Shown: positions 49,812 to 58,506 of the stretch, one piece after another
Layout of the letters: every line of letters starts with the position of its first letter
Position numbering within the stretch: the first letter of the stretch is position 1
Assembly (NCBI GenBank): GCA_017509605.1
Contig: JAFWPH010000068.1
Span: 1 to 64,000, forward strand
Origin: Bacteroidaceae bacterium
Lineage (GTDB): Bacteria > Bacteroidota > Bacteroidia > Bacteroidales > Bacteroidaceae
Length of the DNA: 64,000 nucleotides
Reading direction: 5' to 3'
Notes under the pieces: model-generated
Databases searched by the model: none
What the model saw: only the letters and a program-made list of their open reading frames with translations
What the model was told of the DNA's origin: nothing
Position numbers and translations under genes: made by a program

Positions 49812-51350
49812 TTGATGAAACGTATTTTGACAGCCATATTCCTGGCAGCACTGACTTTGAACGAAGTCAGCGCTCAGGTAGCATACCCTTTCAGCGATGT
49901 GGAATATTCGGTGGAGATGTCGGGCACCCTGAGCAATGGCGACTATTCGCCCTTCTGGCTCAGCAGCAACAAATATGGGCTATCGTCAGAGGAGGAGAGA
50001 TCAGGCTATCTGAGGGTTGGGGTGTTCCGTTCTATCGAGACAGACTCCGAATATCTGTGGCGGATAGGATACGGTGCCGACATCGCCATGCCTGTCAACC
50101 ACACCAGTCCCTTTGTAGTGCAGCAACTATACGCTGATTTTGAGTACAAAAAGGTTCGCCTTTCCATCGGCAGCAAGGAAAGGGGCATGGAACTGAAAAA
50201 CGCACTCCTCTCCACTGGCGGGCAAACCACAGGCATCAATGCTCGCCCAGTGCCCCAAGTCCGCATAGAATTGCCCGAATACTGGACCATTCCCCATACT
50301 GGAGGCTGGCTCGCTGTAAAGGGGCACCTTGCTTACGGACTATTCACCGATGACTCTTGGCAGAAAGACTTCATCACCTTCCCCGACAAACAGAAATACA
50401 CCTCAGGCGTGCTATACCATAGCAAGGCCGGCTACCTGCGGATAGGTAACGACAATCGTTCCCCTCTGTCTTTCACTGGAGGGCTTGAGATGAACTCACA
50501 GTTCGGCGGCAAGATGTGGAATGTAGGCCGAAGGCTTGACGACACCAGCGACTTCTCTGGCAACTACGTGAAGGGCGACTCAGGAATAAAAGGCTTCTGG
50601 AATGCCTTTGTGCCAGGCGGAAGTGACGCTCGGGACGGTGACTACAAAAATGTGGAAGGCAACCATCTCGGCTCATGGGTCTTCTCCCTCGACTATCAAG
50701 GTCAGGACTGGTCGGTAAGGTCCTATCTGGACCATTTCTTTGACGACCACTCACAAATGTTCTTCCAATACGGTTGGAAAGACATGTTGCTGGGTTTTGA
50801 GGCAAAATTGCCCGACAACCCGTTGGTGACGAATTTTGTGGTGGAATATCTCAACACCAAAGACCAAACTGGTCCCCTCTATCATGACGGTACCTCTACC
50901 CTGCCCGACCAAATCAGCGGTCGCGACGACTACTTCAACCATGCCATGTACACAGGCTGGCAACATTGGGGGCAGTCGATGGGCAACCCTCTGATTATAT
51001 CACCTCTTTATAACAGCAGCACAGAGATACGTTTCGAGCACAACCGTGTGAAAGGACACCACATCGCATTGGCAGGTAACCCGACCAGTGAATTGAGCTA
51101 CAGGTTGATGTACACTCATGTGAAATCATGGGGTACTTATCTGCTGCCACTCATCGACACCCAACAGGCGGATTTCTTTTTCGCAGAATTAAGCTATAGC
51201 CCCCATAGGTTGAAAGGATGGAATGCCAAAGTGGCTTTCGGTGCTAATAGCGGAAGTCTTTTAGGCAAGAGCACGGGTGCCACCATCTCCATTGTCAAAA
51301 GGGGCTTCTTGACCAAAAAAACGACAGATTGCAATTGCAATATGGAATAA
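49812..51350 (+). CDS. Outer-membrane beta-barrel protein, possibly capsule-assembly Wzi family
   Basis: Signal peptide MMKRILTAIFLAALTLNEVSAQ, 512 aa, Tyr/Gly-rich beta-strand pattern. The Wzi assignment rests on size and context only. Confidence 0.35.
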   Translation: MMKRILTAIFLAALTLNEVSAQVAYPFSDVEYSVEMSGTLSNGDYSPFWLSSNKYGLSSEEERSGYLRVGVFRSIETDSEYLWRIGYGADIAMPVNHTSPFVVQQLYADFEYKKVRLSIGSKERGMELKNALLSTGGQTTGINARPVPQVRIELPEYWTIPHTGGWLAVKGHLAYGLFTDDSWQKDFITFPDKQKYTSGVLYHSKAGYLRIGNDNRSPLSFTGGLEMNSQFGGKMWNVGRRLDDTSDFSGNYVKGDSGIKGFWNAFVPGGSDARDGDYKNVEGNHLGSWVFSLDYQGQDWSVRSYLDHFFDDHSQMFFQYGWKDMLLGFEAKLPDNPLVTNFVVEYLNTKDQTGPLYHDGTSTLPDQISGRDDYFNHAMYTGWQHWGQSMGNPLIISPLYNSSTEIRFEHNRVKGHHIALAGNPTSELSYRLMYTHVKSWGTYLLPLIDTQQADFFFAELSYSPHRLKGWNAKVAFGANSGSLLGKSTGATISIVKRGFLTKKTTDCNCNME

Positions 51351-51377
51351 GTGAAGATTCAACTAAAACGGAGAAGA

Positions 51378-51809
51378 ATGAGGAAAGTACACAACAAATC
51401 CTTCATATACATCCTATTGTTCTTGATTGGAGCAATCTTTGCATCGTGCGACAAACTGGACAAGAACGGAGATCTCGACGGTGCATGGCAATTGACAAGC
51501 CTTCAGCGCAGTGAGGACGGAACCGTAGTAGCTGATAAGAACAGCCGCATCTTCTACTATTTCAAACTCGACCTTATGGAACTGAGGGAGGTGAGCGACA
51601 CCATGTACTATCTCGCCCGTTTCAAGCACATTGGCGACTCACTCATCATCGGCCCAGTTTATCAGTCGCCCTTCGACAGTTTAGTAGCCATTTCATCTGT
51701 CAACGAGAAATTCGGTATCGATGATGGGCACATGCACATCAACCGTCTGAATAGCAACGACCTGATCCTTGAGAACAAACGCTATAAGATTACGTTCAGA
51801 AAATTCTAA
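51378..51809 (+). CDS. Small lipoprotein (lipocalin-like)
   Basis: Signal MRKVHNKSFIYILLFLIGAIFASC with a lipobox Cys; roughly 120-aa mature protein. Confidence 0.5.
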   Translation: MRKVHNKSFIYILLFLIGAIFASCDKLDKNGDLDGAWQLTSLQRSEDGTVVADKNSRIFYYFKLDLMELREVSDTMYYLARFKHIGDSLIIGPVYQSPFDSLVAISSVNEKFGIDDGHMHINRLNSNDLILENKRYKITFRKF

Positions 51810-51837
51810 AGACGGGCAAAAAACACTATACGCTAAA

Positions 51838-52761
51838 ATGGCCATAACACTCTTTAATATAAAAAAATGGTATAAAATGGTTACGGGCAAAAGCGTCCTG
51901 CACGTGAACCAAGATATCGGCAAATGCTTTTCCACCGAAGAAGTCAAGGGCTACTACAACAACCTGACAGAGAAGGTGACCATGCAACCACAATTATTGG
52001 GTACCGACTTCTTGCCCACCATAGAGACAGAAGACGGGAAAGAGGTGTTTTTCCCCGTGGCCATCTTCCAATACGGGCTTGGGGCATACGACCTTTATCT
52101 CCAAACCGGTGACAATCAGTACAAGCAGAAATTCATGCAATGCGTGGAATGGACCTCCAAACACCAGGAAGGCACTGGGGCATGGAAAAACTTCGCACAC
52201 CTATACCCCAACCATCCCTATGGCGCCATGGCACAAGGAGAAGCCACGTCACTACTGGTAAGAGCATATGTATGCACCAAGGAACAACGCTATCTGCAAC
52301 AGGCCAAGGCTTCGCTCGATTTCATGCTGAAACCTGTGGATGAAGGAGGATGCAGTTTTTACCAAGGCGATGAACTCGTCTTGTTGGAGTACACCCACAA
52401 GTCCGCTGTCATGAACGGCTGGATTTTCGCATGGTTCGGCCTCTACGACTACGAGCTTGCCACAGCTGGACAAGGAGGGTATCAGGAAACGATGCGTCAG
52501 TCCATGGCTACACTGAAAAAATACCTGCCCCGCTTCACCAACTCTTTCTGGAGCATGTATGACCTTGACGGACATCTTGCCAGTCCTTTCTACCACAACC
52601 TTCACATCGCGCAAATGCAAGCGTTGTACCTGATGACAAAGCAGGAAGTATTCAACTATTATGCGGAAAAGTGGGAGAGCTACGCTAAAGCGCCACTCAA
52701 CAAAGGAAGAGCCTTCCTCATCAAGGCATACCAAAAAATAAGGGAGAAGAGGAATGCATGA
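51838..52761 (+). CDS. Alpha/alpha-toroid protein resembling the D-glucuronyl C5-epimerase C-terminal domain
   Basis: YQYGLGAYDLYLQTGDNQYKQKF...EGTGAWKNF...GAMAQGEATSLLVRAY: repeated aromatic/Gly helix-hairpin signatures. The family assignment is made from memory and has not been searched. Confidence 0.35.
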   Translation: MAITLFNIKKWYKMVTGKSVLHVNQDIGKCFSTEEVKGYYNNLTEKVTMQPQLLGTDFLPTIETEDGKEVFFPVAIFQYGLGAYDLYLQTGDNQYKQKFMQCVEWTSKHQEGTGAWKNFAHLYPNHPYGAMAQGEATSLLVRAYVCTKEQRYLQQAKASLDFMLKPVDEGGCSFYQGDELVLLEYTHKSAVMNGWIFAWFGLYDYELATAGQGGYQETMRQSMATLKKYLPRFTNSFWSMYDLDGHLASPFYHNLHIAQMQALYLMTKQEVFNYYAEKWESYAKAPLNKGRAFLIKAYQKIREKRNA

Positions 52762-52764
52762 GAT

Positions 52765-53580
52765 TCATTCCTTGGTTTTCTTCTTCGCCTTGAGTTTTGA
52801 CACATATTTAATGCTATCAATCTTGTTCTTCAAGACCTTCATACTGTAGGATGGGAAGAAACAGAACAAGAAATAGCAGTAAGATTTCAACTTCGAGTAA
52901 CCCAATATCTGCTGATAGACCCTGACATTATATTTCACCAGCGAGAACTTATTGCTTGACACTGAGTCTGTTGTGATGCGATAGTAGGCTAAAGGCGAGG
53001 TGATGCCATAGGCTGTTCCGCATTTCATCAGAATGGTCAAGAACAAAGCCCAGTCCTGACGTTTGCGCAATGTGGGCATATAGTATTTCCGGCCCAGCAA
53101 CTGGGTGTCGTAAACAGCGGTCAGGCAACCCACCTTATTGTCACGTTTGAGCATGGGCAGATCAATCTTCTCGGGAGCGACCACAATACCCACATCATTG
53201 TCGTTCTCATCGCAAACCAAATATGAGGTGTACGACAAAGCGCACTGTTTCTCACTCATGAAAGCAATCTGCTTTTCCAACTTGTCGGGAAACCAACGGT
53301 CATCGCTGTCACAGAACGCGATATAACGCCCCTTGGCCCTTCCTATCGCCTCGTTACGGGCATATCCTGGTCCGAAATTGGAAGTGAGCAGAGTGGCATG
53401 CACGCGACTGTCACTATCCACTATACGACGTATCAGCTCCGCAGTGTTGTCCTTGGAGCAATCATCTGTGATCAGCAGTTCTATATTTGTGTATGTCTGG
53501 TTAAGTATACTGTCCACACTCCTCTGCAAAGTCGCACCGCTGTTGTAGGTGGGCATGATAACCGATACCAAATCTTTCAT
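52765..53580 (-). CDS. Glycosyltransferase family 2
   Basis: VIMPTYNSGATLQRSVDSILNQTY...DDCSKD...CDSDD (DxD). Confidence 0.85.
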   Translation of the reverse strand: MKDLVSVIMPTYNSGATLQRSVDSILNQTYTNIELLITDDCSKDNTAELIRRIVDSDSRVHATLLTSNFGPGYARNEAIGRAKGRYIAFCDSDDRWFPDKLEKQIAFMSEKQCALSYTSYLVCDENDNDVGIVVAPEKIDLPMLKRDNKVGCLTAVYDTQLLGRKYYMPTLRKRQDWALFLTILMKCGTAYGITSPLAYYRITTDSVSSNKFSLVKYNVRVYQQILGYSKLKSYCYFLFCFFPSYSMKVLKNKIDSIKYVSKLKAKKKTKE

Positions 53581-53596
53581 TTGTCGTAATTTTGTG

Positions 53597-53604
53597 CAAA
53601 GTTA
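53597..53604 (-). promoter_or_regulatory. Candidate -7 box (TAACTTTG on the minus strand) 17 nt upstream of the GT2 gene
   Basis: CAAAGTTA on the plus strand. Confidence 0.3.
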
Positions 53605-53753
53605 CAAGTTATTTACATACAAAAAAAGCGAAAGACAAAAAACTTGACCACACTAACAGTAAATAAAAAGGATTAGACACATATTCCCCATTCAGACACA
53701 TCTGCGACCGCCAAATAAACGGCCTCAAATTTCATACTTTGTCGGAAAAAGTG

Positions 53754-53761
53754 TAATTTTG
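53754..53761 (+). promoter_or_regulatory. Candidate -7 box TAATTTTG about 40 nt upstream of the wzz-like gene
   Basis: Matches TAnnTTTG. Confidence 0.3.
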
Positions 53762-53801
53762 CAAGAATAAACTCCAACAAACACCAAAACGCAAGCAATA
53801 A

Positions 53802-54914
53802 ATGAGAAAAGAGACGAACATCATCACCATATTCTCATTGATATGGAAGAAAAGGAAGATGATTATCCGAAACTGCCTGATAGCCTTCGTGGCTGTGGTA
53901 ATCATAGCTTTCAGCATTCCGAAAGAATACACCTCTGAGGTGAAAATCGCTCCTGAGTTATCGTTAGGCGAAACAGGACTTGCTGGCAGCTTAGGCTCAC
54001 TGGCGCAAATGGCAGGCATCGACTTAGGCGGCATGAACAACAACGAGGCGATTTACCCCGACCTCTATCCAGAGATTGTCTCCTCCACTCCTTTCCTGAC
54101 CGAATTACTGCAGATTCAAGTGGTGAGCAAAGACGGTGAGATTTGCACCGATATGCTCGACTACCTCACCAACCACCAGAAAGAGACCTGGTGGTCGGCT
54201 ATGCTGAAACCCATCAAGAAACTGTTCAGAAAGAAAGACACAGGTGCTGCCGAGGACATCACAACCGCTGAATCCACCCAACTAAGCCGCGACCAACAGT
54301 TATTGCTGGAGTCCTTCGGAAAGAGCCTCAACGTCACACTCGACAAAACCACAAGTATGATCTCTGTGACAGCCACCATGCAGGATCCCTTGATTGCCGC
54401 CACCACCGCTACAACTGTGGCGGAGAAACTACAGACCTATGTGGATAAATACAGGACCGTTAAGGAGCGCGACAACATCACTTACCTCGAGGCGCTACAC
54501 AAAAGCTCACAGGAGAAATACAGGAAGGCGCAGAGAGATTACGCCACATACACCGACTCACACCAAAACGCCATCCTCGCAAGGGTGACAACAGAACAGG
54601 AGAATCTGGAGAACGAGATGCAACTCGCCTACTCTGTCTATGAGCAGGTGTCCCAGCAATTGGAAGCCGCCAAGGCCAAATTGCAAGAGAAAAAGCCTAT
54701 CAGCGTGGTTATACAACCTGCACTCACTCCCATCAAAGCCTCTTCACCCAAGAAGATCCTCATGGCTTTCTTGTACGTGTTCACCACCTTCTTTCTGACC
54801 GTAGCATGGATCATCATCAAGAATGAAATCCAACAAATGAAGAAGGAAACCGTTCAAGACGAGAAGGAAAAACAATCGGACAAAGAAGCCAACGAGGAAA
54901 ACAAGGAGAAGTAG
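53802..54914 (+). CDS. Wzz-like chain-length determinant (polysaccharide co-polymerase without a kinase domain)
   Basis: N-terminal TM helix after IWKKRKMII, a long coiled-coil periplasmic region, a C-terminal TM helix, and a Lys/Glu tail. Confidence 0.6.
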   Translation: MRKETNIITIFSLIWKKRKMIIRNCLIAFVAVVIIAFSIPKEYTSEVKIAPELSLGETGLAGSLGSLAQMAGIDLGGMNNNEAIYPDLYPEIVSSTPFLTELLQIQVVSKDGEICTDMLDYLTNHQKETWWSAMLKPIKKLFRKKDTGAAEDITTAESTQLSRDQQLLLESFGKSLNVTLDKTTSMISVTATMQDPLIAATTATTVAEKLQTYVDKYRTVKERDNITYLEALHKSSQEKYRKAQRDYATYTDSHQNAILARVTTEQENLENEMQLAYSVYEQVSQQLEAAKAKLQEKKPISVVIQPALTPIKASSPKKILMAFLYVFTTFFLTVAWIIIKNEIQQMKKETVQDEKEKQSDKEANEENKEK

Positions 54915-54986
54915 AAAAAACTGGTTGTTCTATTCTAAATCAAGTCTGAAAGGCAAACACATCTTACAAACGACAGCGGACAAGAG

Positions 54987-56270
54987 ATGAGTTTTAGCGA
55001 CTTCGTTATATTATTCTCTTTCATCTTAGAGGTAGGTGTTCTGCAATATGTGGAATACAAGGCATGGAAGACCCTTTTCACGCCGTTGTCTTTTCTGATG
55101 CTTCCCTATCTTGTCGTTTTGATCATTACCCTATTCATCTCAGGCACTTCCTTCGGCTTTGTCGCTTTCTATTATCCCAGCATACTGATTTGGCACATCG
55201 GCATATTCCTCTTTGCCATACCCAGTTTCAGCATAGCCTACATCATGCAACGGAAAGGATTGCAGATGACCATCGACACCAGTCAGGACAGCATGAGGGA
55301 ATCGAAAATGCCACGACTGCTCATCATTTTATCCCTTTTCCTGAGCCTGCTGTTCTTATGGCACCTGAGAAGCACGCTGTCCAGTTCGAAACAAGCACTC
55401 GGTTCCGATGAGTTTGGCGAGGACTTCAGTGGATTCGGTTTCTGGGGACACCTGAGAATTCTCACCATCCCGCTGTATGTCATCTGCATGTACTACGTAG
55501 GCAAGAAACGCTGGTGGCTATGGTTCCCTGTCATCGTGTTCACCGTCGTGAGTGTGCTCAATCAGGTGAAGGGCTGGACCATAATCCCTATTCTCGCCGC
55601 CCTGGCCATGCGCATATACACTGGCAGGACAAGGCTCACCCTGCGACTGCTCATCATCGGAGTACTGGGCATGTTCGCCATCTTTTTCACGTTCTACGCC
55701 ATGTCTATTCTCGTAGTGCAAGACCGTGGCGTTTCTGACGACTTCATGGACTTCATCTTCGGCCATTTCTTCCATTATCTGACCAGTGGCACCTATGGAT
55801 GGAGCATTGATGTGGAAAGAGGCATACCTGACGACGGTGGCAGTTTCGAGATGATTATCGCACAGTTGGTGAATCTCGCCAAGTCGGCTACAGGCGACAA
55901 AGAACTCGTCTCCCCTATCAACACCCTATTCTTCTTCTCTGGCCGTTCGCTGACAAATGTACGCACGATATTCGGTACTTTGTATATCAACACTACTGCT
56001 GTGAGTTTCACGATCTACACCCTCATTCTCAGCACAATCATATACACCATGAAACTCCTCGCATTGAAATACGCCAACATCTACACCTATACTGTCTATT
56101 TCTTCTATATCACATTGCTGTTCATGGGTTGGTTCGACCTCTATTTCGCCAATCTAACCATATTCGAGAGCGCTGTGATGCTTTTTTTCCTGTTCCTGTT
56201 CGACTGGTTGGTGGTGGGCAACAGGTTTATCGCAAGAGCGAAAGTGCAAGAAGTGCCGGAGAGCAAGTAA
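54987..56270 (+). CDS. Polytopic membrane protein, likely Wzy/EpsG-type repeat-unit polymerase
   Basis: 427 aa, 10 or more TM helices with a sizeable loop. The assignment rests on context. Confidence 0.45.
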   Translation: MSFSDFVILFSFILEVGVLQYVEYKAWKTLFTPLSFLMLPYLVVLIITLFISGTSFGFVAFYYPSILIWHIGIFLFAIPSFSIAYIMQRKGLQMTIDTSQDSMRESKMPRLLIILSLFLSLLFLWHLRSTLSSSKQALGSDEFGEDFSGFGFWGHLRILTIPLYVICMYYVGKKRWWLWFPVIVFTVVSVLNQVKGWTIIPILAALAMRIYTGRTRLTLRLLIIGVLGMFAIFFTFYAMSILVVQDRGVSDDFMDFIFGHFFHYLTSGTYGWSIDVERGIPDDGGSFEMIIAQLVNLAKSATGDKELVSPINTLFFFSGRSLTNVRTIFGTLYINTTAVSFTIYTLILSTIIYTMKLLALKYANIYTYTVYFFYITLLFMGWFDLYFANLTIFESAVMLFFLFLFDWLVVGNRFIARAKVQEVPESK

Positions 56271-56276
56271 TGAGCC

Positions 56277-57518
56277 TTATGCCTGAGGCTGAATCGGCAC
56301 AATCTTCCTGTAGTAATAATAAAGGCACAGAAAATACACGATTGAACTGAGTATCGTCGTAATCAAAGCCCCTTCAATGTGCCAGAAGTAAACCAAGAGG
56401 AAATATCCAACGACCTTGACCACTCCACAGGCGATACTGCTGTTCATAATCGGGGTGCCAATACCATGAGAACCTAAGAAGCGATTGATCATATCACCTA
56501 AACCATGGAAAGCAAAACCGACTGCCATCCATGAGGCATAAACTCCTACCTGCCCATATTCCGGGGGATAAAGAATCGCGACTAAAGGATTGATGAGCAA
56601 CACGAAAAACACACAACTGCAAACCGTCACCAAAAGCGTGATACGGAACACCTTGGCCGGAATTTGGGGCTCGTTGACAAATTGCTTGAAATAAGTAGTA
56701 CCAACAATAGCAGGCAAATAAGAAAGGGGTGTAGTCAAAGTCAAGGCGAGTGTATAGAAACCCACATTGGTATTGTCTTTATCAAACAGTCCCAAGGTGA
56801 AGCCAGCCAGATAGTTTGTAGCCACCATGGCCAATGATCCGTAGTACAACTTCCTGCCGTAAGCCCGGTTCTCCGCTTTCAGCCTGCGCCAATGGTAACT
56901 GATATTGGCAAACTTCGGACGGGTGGACAGTATCACCATGAGAAGGACAAGACTGTAGATACCCCACTGAAGAACCAGCATCAAGGCTGAAGTGACCGTA
57001 CAACTCTTATACAGATAGTATGCAATGACTATATAGACGAAATGCGGCAACAGACGTGCTACAGACAAACGACCGATATGGTTGTCGCCTTGAGCCGTGG
57101 TATTGAGATAATTGATGAGTACAGGGTAGAAGCAGACAGGTATGGAATAGAAGAATAGCCTCATGCCCGTAGGAGCATGGCCGTGAAACAATCCGATAAC
57201 AAAATCAAGCAACGCTGTGGCAAGGCATATCACTCCCAGGATGATAATCAGCACGCCTCTGATTTCCCTCCGCTTCTGCTCATTGTTCTCCAATGCCAGC
57301 AAACGGCTTCCCGAAAGGAAATAGCCAAACAACAACAGCCATGACAACAATTGGATAATGTTCTGAACATACCGTACATCACCATATGCGACAGGCTCCA
57401 AAGCATTGGTGTTGATGATCGAGGCGACAAATCCCAAAAACACCCCGACAAGGGTGGACATGTACAGGATAAGCACCTGACGCAGACGTTTGGAAGCCAC
57501 AATGGAAGATATGCTCAT
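56277..57518 (-). CDS. Oligosaccharide flippase (Wzx-like, MOP superfamily)
   Basis: 413 aa, about 12 TM helices, in context. Its stop is convergent with the wzy-like gene. Confidence 0.5.
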   Translation of the reverse strand: MSISSIVASKRLRQVLILYMSTLVGVFLGFVASIINTNALEPVAYGDVRYVQNIIQLLSWLLLFGYFLSGSRLLALENNEQKRREIRGVLIIILGVICLATALLDFVIGLFHGHAPTGMRLFFYSIPVCFYPVLINYLNTTAQGDNHIGRLSVARLLPHFVYIVIAYYLYKSCTVTSALMLVLQWGIYSLVLLMVILSTRPKFANISYHWRRLKAENRAYGRKLYYGSLAMVATNYLAGFTLGLFDKDNTNVGFYTLALTLTTPLSYLPAIVGTTYFKQFVNEPQIPAKVFRITLLVTVCSCVFFVLLINPLVAILYPPEYGQVGVYASWMAVGFAFHGLGDMINRFLGSHGIGTPIMNSSIACGVVKVVGYFLLVYFWHIEGALITTILSSIVYFLCLYYYYRKIVPIQPQA

Positions 57519-57548
57519 GATAATTGCTGGTTGTTTATCGGAAAGGAA

Positions 57549-58496
57549 CTATTGTTTGGGGAGAAAACGACCTTTCATCTCCTCAAAACAATTCTTGTCT
57601 ATATTCTTGTGGGCCAAATAGTCGGTATATAAACGATTGGATAATTTGAACGAGCAACCAAAAGAGTTGCCTAATTTACAGAATTTGTCCAATGATTTCA
57701 GACGGACATACAGGAACTTGGCAAAACGAGTTATACCGCTATCATACAAACCATAAATAACATATAGCGACAGATAATAGATATAAGCATCGAAATTGTC
57801 CTGCTGCTTGCTCATCTTCTTTCTCGACATCCCGATCTTATGATAAATCTTCGCACCCGTCACGCAAGCCATCTTGAACTTATTCCTCACTCTGACGGAG
57901 AATTCATGGTCTTCCTCACCAAAAAAGAATTTATCGGAGAAGACATCTCCTGAAGGCAACAGCACTTTTGGCGAGAAGAGCATGGCGCAACCTGAAACAT
58001 AATTAACAGGGAAACTGGGCACACCCTCAAAAACACTTTCGTCTTCCCCCCTATGCAACGCTGTGCGGCCTGTGGTTTTCAAACGCCCACCGCCAAACCA
58101 GATTTTCTTTCTGTCATCATAATAGTTGATTACGGGAGACAAGACATCATACTCCTTGTGGTCTGCCATAAACGACAGCAGTTGTTCCAGAAAGTCTGGT
58201 GCCACAACCGTATCATTATTCAGAAGCATGTAATAATCGGGAGCGTACTGTGACGCATACCTCACTCCAATATTGTTGCCTATGGCGAATCCGTGGTTCT
58301 CTTTTTCTTCAATCAGATGGAGTTCGAATGAAGGGTGCGCTGACTGCCATGCCTTCAACCGTTCCATAGAATCGTCATGAGAGTCATTATCTACAACAAC
58401 TGCAAAAAAGCCACCTTTCGCCTGGACAAGGGATTCCAGACAGTCGATAGTGTCGTCAGCACCATTCCAGTTCAGCAGTATAATAGCCGTCTTCAT
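57549..58496 (-). CDS. Glycosyltransferase family 2
   Basis: Starts MKTAIILLNWNGADDT and has a DND acidic motif. The internal ATG is preferred. Confidence 0.8.
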   Translation of the reverse strand: MKTAIILLNWNGADDTIDCLESLVQAKGGFFAVVVDNDSHDDSMERLKAWQSAHPSFELHLIEEKENHGFAIGNNIGVRYASQYAPDYYMLLNNDTVVAPDFLEQLLSFMADHKEYDVLSPVINYYDDRKKIWFGGGRLKTTGRTALHRGEDESVFEGVPSFPVNYVSGCAMLFSPKVLLPSGDVFSDKFFFGEEDHEFSVRVRNKFKMACVTGAKIYHKIGMSRKKMSKQQDNFDAYIYYLSLYVIYGLYDSGITRFAKFLYVRLKSLDKFCKLGNSFGCSFKLSNRLYTDYLAHKNIDKNCFEEMKGRFLPKQ

Positions 58497-58506
58497 TCCC
58501 CACGCG

